A DNA stretch of 64,000 nt from Camelus ferus (lineage: Eukaryota). Both the position numbers and the translations under genes were made by a program. Where the stretch lies: the NCBI RefSeq assembly GCF_009834535.1, contig NC_045707.1:56980001-57044000 (forward strand), written 5' to 3'. Under the pieces are notes generated by a model that was given only the letters and a program-made list of their open reading frames with translations, did no database searches and was not told the origin of the DNA. Shown here piece by piece: positions 27,684-41,460 of this stretch (position 1 is its first letter; every line of letters starts with the position of its first letter).

Positions 27684-28419
27684 GTAAGTGATTCGTAACA
27701 CTTTCAGTCTTTGCTTCCTGAATTCTGCCTCTGAGATGCTTTTGCTATAATTTCCCCTAATGGCACATACTCTTCAGATTTTCTCAAAAGATCATATTTG
27801 GGATGCATTATATTAGTCATGAAACTTGTTCGCTAAGGCAAAAATAGTTTCCTTCATCACCTCTTTAAATATGTATGCAAAGAAAATGTTGGTACCGAGT
27901 CTTAGATGTAATAAAATCTACAGTTTTTAATGAATCTTTAATATTTTTAAACTGTTAATTTTAAATAACCTTAGATTATTTGGGTATGAGTAATGAATTG
28001 CTATACTCTTAGCATATGGGAATACTCAAAGACATAACTTAAAATTTTTCCCTCTTATTTTGATTTTGTGTTTATGAATGTGAACGTATATCTGTGAAAG
28101 TGGGAACCTTTATATATTCAGTTCTTGCTAAACTTAACATCACTTCACCTGTTTGAAAACAGGGTACTTAGAAGTTATTACAAAAGTTACAAGGAGATGT
28201 TTTATTCATAACATTTCTGAATCATCTTACCAGCTAAGGTGAAAAGTTTCAAGTCTTTTCACTTTATCACTCTATTTAATTAAAAAGAAAATTATCTATA
28301 TTTATGAAAATTATATTTTGTGACTTTTCACCTGTTTCATTTTTACATGTTCTTTTAAATCATATTTTTATTTTTTATCTTGTGTACATCATTAACTAGT
28401 TATTGGATTTGACTCTATG

Positions 28420-29680
28420 TATCCAATTCTTCGTATTCTCCCTTGAGCCCATTTTATCATACTTTTGCCTCCACAATCCCATCAAAACTGTTCTTATCCA
28501 AGGCATTAGTGACCTCCAGGTTGCTAAATCCCAAGTGTTATTTCTCAGCCCTTTGAAGCCCTTTGATCTAATTACCATCCCGGGTGTACTTCTTTATTTG
28601 GCTAATAGCACAATAAAGACACTCTCCTAACGTTCCTCCGTTTTTGTTTGCTACCCTCATCTCAGGCTCCTTCACTGGCTTTTCTTCCCCTCCTCAACTT
28701 TGGAGTGCCTTCCCTCCTCAATCTACATTAACTCCACTGGTAAAGTCATGCCATTCCATGTTTATGATTCCCAATTTCTATATCCAGCTTATCCTTCTCT
28801 CCTGATTTCCAGATGCCTGTGTCTACATCTCTAATAGGTATCTCAAAATTAACATCCTCAAGAATAATTTCCTGATATTCCCCTCAAAAGCCAGACTTAA
28901 CTCACAGCCTTACATACCTCAGCTGATGGCAACTCGTTATTGGCGCTCAGACCAGAAACCTTGGGACTGTCCTTGGTGCCTCTCTTTCACACACACTGCT
29001 TTTGATTCATCCATAAATCTATGACTTCCAACTTCAAAATATATCCATCATATGACCTCTTCTCACAATCTTTATGGCTCTTCGGTATTCCACACAACTA
29101 TCATCTCTCATAGGATTATTATAACAATCTGTATTCAACGCAGATGTCTGTGTAAGCTGTTACAGTGTAAGTCAGCTCAAGTCACTTTCTCCTTAAAACT
29201 TAAGTGGCGACCTGTTCTACTCACGGTAAAATCAAAGTCCTTGCCATAGTCTACAGCCACGTATGATCCCCACTGCCACCCTCTGACCTCTTTGTGCTCA
29301 TCTGCTACTCTTTTGTTTTAGCCCACTCTGTTCACTTACTGTGGCCTCTTAAGCCGGACCTATTTTGTTGCATTTTCTTTTTCTTCTGACTTTTGCTCAA
29401 ATGTTGCCTGCTCCATGTTCCCTAACCATGGCATTTACACACAGGCACTCTCCCTCTTCTTTCTTTTTTTTTAATCTCACAGTAATTGCAACCATCTGAC
29501 ACAATATGTACTTAACTGACATACTTTTTAGTTGTATACCTCCCTCTCCACTGTGCATAAAAAGTCATAAGAGCTGAGATATTTTGTTTTGTCTCATTTT
29601 GTTCATTACTCTGTTTTGATCCCCTACACAACTATTGAGCATATAATAGGTACTCAAAACCCTTTGTTGAAAGAATGGAT
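28420..29680 (+). mobile_element. L2 relic
   Basis: aaactgttcttatccaagg...gacctccaggttgctaaatcc...; 3' end taggtactcaaaaccctttgttgaaagaatg. Confidence 0.7.
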
Positions 29681-32600
29681 ATTTATGGACTTGGATGAAA
29701 TGAGAACATGTACCCAAACAAAGCCTGCTATCTCAGAATGAGATAGATGATGCATAATGTTCTACGGCTGCACAGGTAATGGTAGTGTGCTCTAGATCTA
29801 CACCTTTATGTGAATTAATAGGTCATGGAAGTATCTCTCATCTTCACTCCTCCCACAAACGAAACTCAGAGAAATTATAAAGTAGATGAAGTTTAATCTC
29901 TCTTCTATATCACTGTTAAGGAAAACTAGAATTTTTGGCTAGTAAACCACCAGGACCATTTCTTGAGCTTTTGCTCATTTTCTATTTCTTCATTCTTAGT
30001 CCTAGAGGTTTAGCTGTTTTTCTTTTACTTAACACTCACCTATTCTGTTAATGCTTGTTTAATCCAGTGTCATTTGCAGGTAGAGCCCAGTGTCTCCACC
30101 TTCTCCTTTCTTGTTGCCTATGTAAAAATGACCCTTTGATTCTAATAATCTTTGGGTGTAGGTGACAACCAGCTAAATCAGATGGGAAATATCAGTCATC
30201 TGATACCAGAAGTTCTTTTATTAGGAATCCTTTCTAATAGGTAAAGTGTTCTGCTTTCACAAGGAATTCTTGTAAAATATAACTGTTCTCATCAGGTCTA
30301 TAATTTCTGTGTAGTTATATTTTAGGAGAAGAATATCTCTCATCATTCACCTCTGAAGGGAGGATGCAAACACAAATGCTTTCAGAGCCAGGCAAGCAAT
30401 ATAAATGTGGGAAGTGCCAAATGCATAGTAGGAAGTGATAAAATTAACAGGACCCGAACAAGGAAGCCTGCACTACTCTGCCTGCCTGTATAGTCTGGAT
30501 GCATCACATTTGTGTGTGTGTTTGGGTGTGTCTGTGTCTGTGTCTGTGTTAGGGACATTGTGAAAGCCGAATAAAATATTCAGGTCACAGGCCGTGGGAC
30601 CTTGGCTTGCTACTAGAAATTTCTTGAGGACCAACCATGAAAACTATTATAAGTGCATTATATTTATCTAATTTCTTCTGTCCTCTAAGGAAGGTACTTG
30701 TAATTACCCCAGTTTTTCTCAGGTTAGGTAAAGTGACTTGTCCAAGGCCTATCCACTACTGTCCCCAGCACACCACTTCCCTCACCGCTCCCAGCACCAG
30801 GAAGAATACAGGATCAGCAGGACTTCAAAACCTGTGCTTCTTCCACTACAAGCAGTTTCTAAAGTCAACAAGATACAACCATTTATTCAGAGATAGCAAC
30901 TCTCATAAAAACTGCTGCTGCACTATGACTCCTTCCTAAATAATCAGTCTTTTGATCTTTCTTTCCAATAAGCAAGAAAATGTGAAAATCATATCTGTTA
31001 AAAAGGTATCATGTAACACTCAAAACTCCAGACTCTGCTTTTATTTTCTCGAACAATAATGTTTTCTTGGGCTGTGGTCACACAAAGTCTACTAGATTGC
31101 AAGCTTTTCTATAGGAAAAAAAAAAAAAAGGTGATTGTTCTTGCTTCCCCTATGACATTCCAGCATTGTATGATTTATGTATAACATAAGCAATAAATAT
31201 GTATTGAATTAATTAAGGGAAAAATTAGAGAACAGGAAAACCTGATCATATAATTAAAAACTGAAATGCTTTTTGCTATGCATATGCATAGTCTAATATA
31301 TCTAAAATAAATTTTACAAATATATTTCATTAATGGTTTCAGAGTACATTATTGTAATTATTCTTTGTCAAGAAATAAATCTATTCAAAATGTACTTTGA
31401 AATTTTGTCTCACACTCCCCCCACCCCCAACAACTGACTGTGACCTGTTGGAGTAGAGGGCTGGATTAAAGCTTGGCATAGTACACATATTGCAAAATAC
31501 AGTCCATCTCATAGCAGAGGTTTAGTTTAGCTCTCCACCTTTTAATCAAGAAGGCCACTAATTAGGTATTGGATAATAATATCTCATGAAATAGGTATAT
31601 ATGCAAAGAGTTAGAATTTTCTGTGAAGTATTTCAATTCTGTTTTGCTTTGTGAATAAAATCAGCTTTTCTTTTCAACTTCTTATTAAGAGCTCTTTGAA
31701 TGTTCACTAGGTGATTCAATGAATGAATACGTATCAATTTTGTCTTTTCTGAAACATGGAGTTACGTTTTTCACTTTACTAACTTTAACTTACTATAGAA
31801 TGATATTCATTTGACAATAAAATTCAGTTTCTACATAAACTTCAGGTCAAGAGAAAATTAAATCTTCACGCAGCTCTTCCCACCTCCCCCCCCCTTTTTT
31901 TTAGGCAGCAGTTTTCAGGAACTAGAAAAAACTTTCTGTTTTAGAATTTCCAAGTGACACACAGGGAAAAGATACTGCTCCAACTTGTAAATTCAAATTT
32001 TATTTTTGGCAATGCGGCCTGCAGTTAAAAACTAAATCTCCCACATGAATCACTGAATTAAAAATGCAATACCGAAGTCACATCCAGTGACTCCTACGTG
32101 TAAGGTATGCCATAGAGTCAGGTCAGCTAATTATAGGTATGATAGTAATTAATGATAGACCAGAAGCTATTATTTCCTGAGTGTGTATTGTACACGAGAC
32201 ACCATGCAAAGCACTTCAAATAGTATATCATAACAATGTTATGTAGTAGATGTTCACATCCCAACCAGAAACTAAAAAAAAAGAAAGAAGAAAGAAGGTG
32301 AAATGTAGTAAAGTTAAGCAACATTTGCTCATAACAGAGTTAATAAGTATCAACAACTCGGATTTAAAGCAAGTATGCACTTCTTCATGCTCATGATCTG
32401 AAGAAATATGTGTATACCTTTAACAAATTTACTGATTTTATAATTTTGTAACAAGTTTATCTATTGTAGGCTAGATTTAGAATTTTCCCTTGGGCTACCA
32501 AAGCCGACATAACATTCCCAGAGTTCTGTATGAAAATGAAATTAACAATACAATATTAACAATTGTAAGAACTCTGAAGGAATCCTCTAAGATTGAAAAC

Positions 32601-32794
32601 TGTAACCACATTGGGATAAAAAATAGAAAAATTCAAAATTTAAAATAAAAGATTTTTAAATAGTAGCTTTTGTTTGGATGGCTGAAAGCTAGGAGTATGT
32701 ATATAATTTTGATAAAAAAGATTTAGTTTGGATAATTTTTGCCAAATTGATGGATTAATTGAGTTTCATACATTTGATCATCAGTATTAACATA

Positions 32795-33060
32795 CTGCTG
32801 GCAATGCTTGGTGTTCTTGGATAGTGGCAGTATGATAATCTCTACCTCCCTCTTTGCATTGCAGTTTTCTGTATATATCTCTGTCCCTAAATATTCCTCT
32901 CCTTGTAAGAACACCAGTCACAGGATTTAAGGCCCACCCTATCCTGTATGATCTCATCTTAACTTGATTACATCTATAAAACCTTATTCGCAAATAAGAT
33001 TACATTCCTAAGTCCTAGGTGAACATAAATTTTGCTAGGGACACTATTTAACCCAGTACA
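32795..33060 (-). mobile_element. MLT1 (MaLR) LTR fragment
   Basis: aagaacaccagtcacaggatttaaggcccaccctatcc...gatctcatcttaacttgattacatct...gggacactatttaacccagtaca. Confidence 0.8.
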
Positions 33061-34633
33061 TAAAGACAGATAAGTGTCAGGCCATGAAGCTGCTTGTTTT
33101 CAAGGCCCTGTAGCTCAGATTTTACATTTGAGGATGGAGGGGAACAACAAAGGTATTTAAGCCCAGAAGCAGATTGGCCAACAGGTTAGGAATAAGTAAG
33201 GAGGAAAACAGACTCATAGCAAGACAACAGATTAGGCTATTAAGTTAGGAGTTAAAGTGAAGGAGTTTTCTTGGATGATGCTTAATTTCTGTACAGAGTA
33301 GTGTCATTCCTTAGTCAAGTAATACAAGGCAGGGGTACCAAGAGAGAATGAGGACAGCATGATGAGTTTTGTTGTAGAATATGACTTTTTAATTAATTTT
33401 AATTTTGTAAATGTACATAATTTTTCCAAGTCAAATAATATCAAGAGTATACAAAGCTAAACACGCACACCCACAAAACACATACATGTACACAAAGCCT
33501 CCATCCACCTGCCATTTCACCTCCCTCAGATTCTTAATTTCAACACTCTTAGCCATTATTTATGGTATTTTCTCTCTTATTTAAACTTAATTTATGTCTT
33601 GCTATTCTATTATATGAGGATTTTAGCTCTCTTATTCTCTCCCTTTCTTTCTCTTCCTCCCAACCTTCCACTATAATTATCTCAAAATCACATTCAGTGT
33701 TACAGTTATTATGACTAAGTAAATAGTTTTCACAAATGATCCAAGGAGTAGTTTTCAATGATAATATTTTCTTTTGTACAGCTTTATGTTTTTCCAGGAT
33801 TTCATTAATTACCTGATAAATTAATTTGCTTACTTATGCTTAAAACTAAGTAAACCTTCCCACTCTCTCCAACAGTTTGGTAAAATTTCATAATTTCGGT
33901 TCAGTTATAGACATTGGTCAAGCAGATAATTTATCATTCTTACTTTTATTTCCTTTGAACCATCCCTTTTTCTTCTGCCCTCTCCTTCAGATCTGTACCA
34001 AATTTTTCATAGGCCTGTTTCATTCTTTTCAGCTAGAGTTATGGGATTTACGTCTCCTACCACCATGAAAATCCAGGAGAAAAAAGTGACCAAGATCCCT
34101 AAAGTGGAAGCAGCATAAAGGCCAGAATACAGATAATGACTAAACTTGAGGGAAGGTAGAACACCTGTTCTGAACTGAAAGATAGAGGTTAAGGATTTGT
34201 GTGCATGTGATTAAATTTGTAGATGTTGGTGAGAGAAGATCAGGAAGCTGAAGTCCTGTCCATTCTAATATTTCTGGAAAACTGGAAGAGAATTTATCTG
34301 TTCTGTGGGTGTGGCAGGATTGACTCTGGATTCTGGAGGAGAATAACAAAGAGACTGATTAGGAATAAGTGATCAAATAAATCTGAGTAGTAATATATGG
34401 AAGCCACCACTATCTCCTCGATTGCAGGATCCTTATGCAAAGAAGCGTCACACATTATCACCTCTGTAGATGACTTCCCAACATCTCAAAAATATAGATT
34501 ACCTACTTATAAATTCTCATGTAAGCTATGAGGAAGATAAAATCATCTCCATGCTATCTATGAATTGTATGGTTTAAAATTATTGCTTACAGTCTTATTA
34601 ATGCCATAGTTTTACTCCATTTTCACTGATAGT

Positions 34634-35248
34634 ATTTTTTAAATTGAAGTATAGTTGATTTACAGTGTTGTGTTAATTCCTGGTATACAGCAAAGTAATT
34701 CAGTTTTATGTATATAATATGTGTGTGTGTGTGTGTGTGTATAATATATATATATATATTCTTTTTCAGATTCTTTTTTGTTATCAGTTATTGAAAGATA
34801 TTGATAATAGTTCCCTGTGCTATACAGTAGGACCTTGTTGTTTATCTGTTTTGTATATAGTAATTTGTATCTGCTAATCCCAAACTCCTAATTTATCCCT
34901 CCACCTTTTTCCACTTCGGTAACTGTTTTCTTTGATTGTGAGTCTATTTCTGTTTAATAATAATAATAATAATGAATAAATAAGTTTATTTGTATCATCT
35001 TTTAGATTCCACATATAAGTAATATCATATGACATTTGTCTTTCTCAGTCTAATTTAGTATGATAGTCTCTAGGTCCATCCATGTTGCTACAAATGGAAG
35101 TATTTCATTCTTTTTTGTGGCTGAGTAATATTCTATTGTGTATATATATACCACATCTTCGTTATCCAGTCATCTGTCAATGGACATGTGGATTGCTTCC
35201 ATGTCTTGACTATTGTAAATAGTGCTGCTATGAACATTGGGGCATTTG
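34634..35248 (-). mobile_element. 5'-truncated L1 with TSD cactgatagt; internal (TG)n(TA)n
   Basis: cactgatagt at 34624-34633 and 35249-35258; tttttaaattgaagtatagttgatttaca 3' terminus. Confidence 0.85.
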
Positions 35249-35878
35249 CACTGATAGTTAATTTTCCCCTAGAGATATGTGTTCATTGAATTTTCTCAAT
35301 TCTTTTTTAATTGGAATATATGATATATGTAACAAGATAAATGTTTTTCTTAAAGTAGATTGGTCAATTTATTTGTGGCTATGATTCAAATTTACTTCTT
35401 TTTTTGTCTTTGCCTTCTCTTTTAATCATTCAGTTACTCTTACTTATGTGTAAAGATAAGGATACTGAAGATATTTGTTATCCTTATTTGAAGATTGCTT
35501 TGCAGTTCGGAAATACAGTCACCAATTTTATGGTTTGCAACTCTGCCCATAATTGTATTCATCTCTAATGTGTAATGAGCTAATTTATCTGCCACTTCTT
35601 TTCTAAGAATACCAGTTCTACAGTGGGCAGTTTCAAAATGTACTCTATTGCATCTCAGAGGTAGAAAGCTTTCAGCTAACCCAAGACGTAAGAAGAATTC
35701 TGACAGATAAGTTGAGAAAAATCATGAAATCTTGCATCCCTTCCATGAAAAGAAAGGAATGAATATTTACCTCAAGAAAGCAATAGTTTTTTTTAATATC
35801 TTACTATTTTATTTAAATAACAAGACAGTATATAAATTGAGAATCTGATTTGATTTTTTTAAATAATTTTAATTGTAG

Positions 35879-36025
35879 GCCATGGCACAGAAGGAGGATA
35901 TGGAAGAAAGAATCACGACCCTTGAGAAGCGTTACCTCAGTGCTCAGAGAGAATCTACCTCCATACATGACATGAATGATAAGCTGGAAAATGAGTTAGC
36001 AAATAAAGAGGCCATCCTACGGCAG
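35879..36025 (+). CDS. PPFIA2: PPFIA2 coding exon (147 nt, 0-0): [20 protein letters not shown]...NKEAILRQ
   Basis: ttttaattgtag|GCCATG ... CGGCAG|gttcag; liprin-alpha coiled-coil signature [16 protein letters not shown]. Confidence 0.97.
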
Positions 36026-36465
36026 GTTCAGTATCTCTATCTTGGTTTTGTCCTGGTTCATGTGTGTATTCTCACAATTCTCATAAAACTTGAAATAAAT
36101 AAAATATGGTATTTCTTGGCAGTCAATCATTGTCTAAAATTTAGAATTGAGGTAACTAAATAGATGTGATTTTCAATATGTAATCTAGAAATCTGGCTTA
36201 ATAATAATAAAAATAATGACTAGTATTTACTTTGGATCTAGTCATTATTTTTATTATTATTATTATTATTATTTCTTATTATTAACCAGAAAGTGTGCTA
36301 GACAGTTTAAATGTATTACCTCACTTAAACCCAATCACCACCCGTGAAGTAAAGTTATTGTACTGAGGAAACTAAAGTTCAGAGACATGAATACTTCCCC
36401 AAGGTCACACATATAGTACTTGCCAGAGTCAATAATGGAAGCCCAAGTCTATTCAGATCTAGAGC

Positions 36466-36680
36466 AGGAGTAGGCAAACTATGGCCCATGTGCCAAAACT
36501 ATGGCTCTGGTTTATAAATTAAGTTTTATTTTAACATAGTCATACCCATTCATTTAATCATTGTCTGTGACTGCTTTTGTGTTACAACAGTAGAACTGAT
36601 TAGTTGGAGTAAAGACTATGATATACAAAATCTAAAATATTTACTCTCTGGCCTTTCACGAAAACATTTGCCAGCTTAAT
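36466..36680. mobile_element. MER58A-like hAT/Charlie DNA transposon nested in a MIR (36270-36720)
   Basis: caggagtaggcaaactatggccc...aagttttatt...ctaaaatatttactctctggcctttcac...tttgcc. Confidence 0.8.
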
Positions 36681-37035
36681 CATTGGAGCCTAGACTCTCA
36701 ACCATTATGCTACATTCCTTCCCCTACTCCAATTAGTGCTATGATTTTCAGTATACTCCTATCATGTTGCATCTGAAGTCTTATTCCATGTATCCAAGTT
36801 AACACTCACTATTAACTTCTTTTTGCTGCCATAGGTAAAATGTTTCTTTTAATGTGCTGAATTTTATTAAGGGTTATGTACAAGTAAAAACATATGAAAA
36901 TACGAGAACAATCATCTCTTTGCACAGTAGGCATGATAGTAGTAGCTGATTTTAAGTCTAGAATAATAGCTAACTGCCCACAGCCCCTAGTGCCTGGTGA
37001 CAATTTAAGTGGCTCTTTTTCTATCCCTATTTCAG

Positions 37036-37170
37036 ATGGAGGAGAAGAACAGACAGTTACAAGAGCGTCTTGAGCTGGCTGAACAAAAGTTGCAGCAGAC
37101 TATGAGAAAAGCTGAGACCTTACCTGAAGTAGAGGCTGAACTGGCTCAGAGAATTGCAGCCCTGACAAAG
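37036..37170 (+). CDS. PPFIA2: PPFIA2 coding exon (135 nt, 0-0): [45 protein letters not shown]
   Basis: ccctatttcag|ATGGAG ... ACAAAG|gtactg. Confidence 0.97.
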
Positions 37171-39085
37171 GTACTGCAATAAAACAATTGGTCAGCCTAG
37201 ATATACTTATAGGAATAACTAGTAATCAAAATGGAATCTACATTTTCTTTAGACTTTACGAAAATTAATTTTATTAAATCTTATTATATTGGTCTGTTAT
37301 TTACATGAAATTTTTATATCACACATATGATGAATGATAAATGTGATGATCTCTTTGTCTATCTAAACATTAATAAAAATAAACCATATTTCATGTCTCT
37401 ATAGTTAATTTTCCATGGTAATATTTGCATGTAAGAATAATCACCAAATATAAACACATGATTATATTTAATATAGATATACTTGAGACATAATGATTTA
37501 GTAGGCTTAACTTACATTGTAGTGTATTAGAAATGTAGGCTATATCATAAGCAGTTGATTCCTTTTTAACTGTAACATGAAAAAATTTGTTAGAAATTGG
37601 AAGTTAGACCTGTAGAAGTCTAAAGTGCAAAGCCAATAAATAGTCAGAAAGTGGTTTTAATAGTTGCAGTTTCTTCTGAACCGGTTAAAATCAGTAATAA
37701 TCTGAAGAATGTTCAAAATTATCTGCTGTTATGGCCCTTAGATTCTGCAATTATCTGCATATTTTAGAATTTTGCAACCATTGTAATGTAAAAAATGACT
37801 GTTCTTAATTGTCACAGTCAAATGGAAATGTCATTACTTCAAAGTGTATATGCATGTCACTAGAATTAAAGTCCAGATTCTGTCACTAAAACATGTTTGA
37901 CATTTAATATCAATTAAAAAATGTGCACTCTTACTAGATGTTCACACAGTCATTACTGTGTGCTATTTTCCACACCACTGCAGTATGGGTCAGATAGATA
38001 TGTGAACTTCAAGTTATAAATTCTGTCATTAAAGAGTATCCAAAACAATGGATGCAGCTAAATAAAAGTAGGTATACATAGTTACTTCTCAGAAAAAGTA
38101 AATAATTAAAGAGGAACAGTAGACTGATGCCTGTTGGTTAAAATAGGGTAGTTAATCAGGTAGTGAAAAGAAAAACAGTTGACAAAGTAGAAAGCTTTGA
38201 AACAGTTGATTGTCTATAGATTATTGGACTAACTAGCTGAATAAAACAACCTGATTAGGGTGACATTACAATCTGTATCCTTCTATAGTCACAGATCGCG
38301 GCATAAACTGCTCTGGCAATTTCAAAAATGTGTGATTTTGAAGATAAAGATAAAATTATCATTTAATTTGAGAAATATTCTAGAAATTATATAAAAGTGC
38401 AAATATATTAGTAGTATTCTATTTTCTTGCAAATACATTTTAAATTACTGTAATATGGATTAAGATGGGTTCACTTAGGCTTTATATCTGAGGAACATAA
38501 AATACTTTTCTATAAAGAGTTATTGAATTATTTTAGGGGGACTTAGGCAAGTGGCTAGATAATAAAATTAATTTTTGTAATATTTAAGTGTAAAATAGTC
38601 ATCAATATTGTCATGAGTGAAATACAAGGAAGTCTGGGATCTCTACTCCCAAAACAGAAATTAAAATTTAGCAAAAATTGCCCCAAATTAACCTCTGATG
38701 GATTGAGTATAAAGCATATTTTAAAATATAATGCTTGATGTATGAGGCTTTAAATGAAATATTCCTAAGTATCCTTAATTTAGAATATAACAAAAAAGCT
38801 TGAAATAGGTTCTCATCTGTTTTGCCCTCCTTTTTATGCTCTTGAGATCTTATTTTGATATATATATTCACTTATGCATCCAAAGTAATTTCTTCAGTTT
38901 ACTACTACCTAATAATATTTTCCTAAAATTACACTTCTCATAGACTTTTTGCTTTCCTCATTTGTTGGCAGTTTTATCCTTCTTAAAAAGTGTCAAAATT
39001 GCTAGAATTCACTCTGCTTGTCCTTTTTACTGCTTTCTCTTCTGACTGGTTCTGTGTCAACAACTCTACTTCAGATAATACAGCT

Positions 39086-39153
39086 TCTATGTTACTGTCA
39101 TTTAATTCACAATACACACTCTATGTTATTGTCATTTAATTCACAATATACAC
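39086..39153. repeat. 34-bp tandem duplication (2 copies, 2 mismatches)
   Basis: tctatgttactgtcatttaattcacaatacacac / tctatgttattgtcatttaattcacaatatacac. Confidence 0.9.
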
Positions 39154-39901
39154 TCTTCTGGTGCCGAGATTTTATTCTCAATGTACTCCCTCTGCTTGTA
39201 ACATTTTATAACATGTGAAGATTACTCTTTCATTTGTTCTTCCAAGTTTTAATGTTAAGATGATTTTGACCATTTTCTATCTCCTGTTCTCAAGATCTTT
39301 AGGGCCTGATTCCAGAACCTGCTTTATTATTTATTGTTTCAAATTCAATTTGTTTTTAATATCTCACTATTATTGATCTTCATAGTCTTTCTATTTCTTA
39401 ATATTTTTGACTACTAATTTATGATTTAGGCTTAATTTAAACCTAGGCTCCCTTCTCCTGCATTTCGAATGGTATTGTTAACAATCCCTCATGTATTTTA
39501 TTTAGCCTATATGTATTTTTTTCTACTTTTATTATCTGCTACCTATTTTTTTTTCTTCTCGTTGGACTTCCTCTCTTTAATTTTAATTTATTCTCCATTT
39601 GCAAACATATTCACACTCTTCTCAAAATCATTTCTGTCTGTAATTTCTTCTAAATATTTGGCTTGTTTGAAAATCGCCTTGTTACATTGAAGGGTGAAAC
39701 CGGAATAAGCCCTGTACCCCATCAAGGAATACCAAGTGGTCTTGGGTGACTCTTGTATTTATACCACTTGCTTCAATCGCAGTCTTCATAAGGTTAAGAT
39801 GGATATCAATCAATAGTAGTTGCAAATTTATCCCAGGTTTGTTTAGAGATGATGTCTGAATTTATTCTTTGATTGCGAAGATTGTCTTTTTCTTCTTCTA
39901 T

Positions 39902-39965
39902 TGTGTTTGTGTGTGTGTGTGTGTATGTGTGTGTGTATGTGTTTGCGCGTGCGTGCTTGTATGTA
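39902..39965. repeat. Imperfect (TG)n microsatellite
   Basis: Directly visible. Confidence 0.9.
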
Positions 39966-41129
39966 GATAGGTGAGTAAAATAGACCATTTGAGGCTTTTA
40001 GAAAGTTAGAAGTATTGAATAATGGCTAGGGATAAAACTAAAAATTTGGCTTTGTTGAGTGTATACACAACTAATAAAGATTTTGGGCTCCCAATCTTAT
40101 GATTTATGATGTTTACCTCTTTAATTTAAATGCATATTCCCTCAGCAAGGACTTAATTCATCTTGAATTCCATAAGGTATTTCATTTATTTTTAGTACCA
40201 ATAGAAATTATCAACAATAACATAGTGACTTAAACATGACAGAATTCTTGTTTAGTCTCTGAAGTGAACTTTCACAATGTCTGGTGTGTTTTCAGTAGCT
40301 CAGCTGGAATAATTTTAAGGATCTTTGAAGGATCTGCTGACTTTGCTTGTATACTTGAAGTAACGGGCTTTGGAAATTGAGATGTTCATGCCTTAGCTAC
40401 CTTGAATCAGTCACCTGATTAATTTTCATAACACTCACGGCTTGTTAAAATTAACTTTTGAGAGATTATAGATACCTTTATCAATTTAAAATGCATAATT
40501 TCAGCAATATTTTGACCCATTTAACTGTATCCTTAGTTGAATTTTAGGTTTTAAGTAATATAAAATTATTTTGTGGCATTTGGAGACGTTGGTAGCGTTC
40601 TATGTTGCTTCTACACATTTAGGGAAAGAAATTGGTTATTTGTTATTTCTGCATTATCTTTCCAGTTTATGAAATAAGAATACCAGAAGAAAAATCTTAC
40701 AAAGTGTAAATGTTGGGTTATAATTTGCATAAACACACCAATTAAATATTAAATATTTTATTGACTTAATTGGAATTTGTTGCATAGAATAGTACATATG
40801 CATATGAACCAACACATGAATAGGTTACTGTTTCTTTTCAGGTACTGCATGACATATTTATATATAGTCCTATATTTGCATAAAGTAAGTTTCACTGTTT
40901 TAGAATAAACTTATAAAATATAATAGAATATGCTCTGGAGTTAAACTTTGTCATCTAGATAAAGGTTATTTTCACTGTTGTAATTATTTAACTTGTAATT
41001 ATGTTTAAAATGTTGATGTAACTTTACATGTAATGTGTGCATAACGTACTAATACAATTCAGCTATCAGCAATGTCACATGTGTTGAACACTCTGCATCT
41101 GTGGTAACTGACCGTCACCTCCCAGACAT

Positions 41130-41460
41130 GTAACTAACCTTGGCACTGGGCAAACAGTCACTCACAAAGGCACTGTGCTGCCTGTTCACTTTAGGGCACT
41201 ATTTTGTTTCCATAGCAACAATCAATGCACAACAGTTTTGGAGTGCTCCCTAGTGTCACTCAGGAGGGTTCACAAATAGATTCTTGTCCTCATAGCATTA
41301 TTGTCACCTTGATAATTTGAGGGCTTTATATCATTTTCATTTAAAATTTCGAATTAAGACTGTATCCGAGAATAGGCGCTGAGGTTCTAGACCTGCAGCC
41401 ATAAAGTGTATTCCGAGACCAGAAGTCATTTTGTAAGTTTGCCCCTGTTGCTGAGGAAAC
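41130..41460. promoter_or_regulatory. Putative intronic enhancer/internal promoter (RFX X-boxes, NFI-like, SOX motifs)
   Basis: GTTTCCATAGCAAC 41206-41219, GTTGCTGAGGAAAC 41447-41460, TTGGC-N5-GCAAA 41140-41154, AACAAT 41217-41222. Confidence 0.45.
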
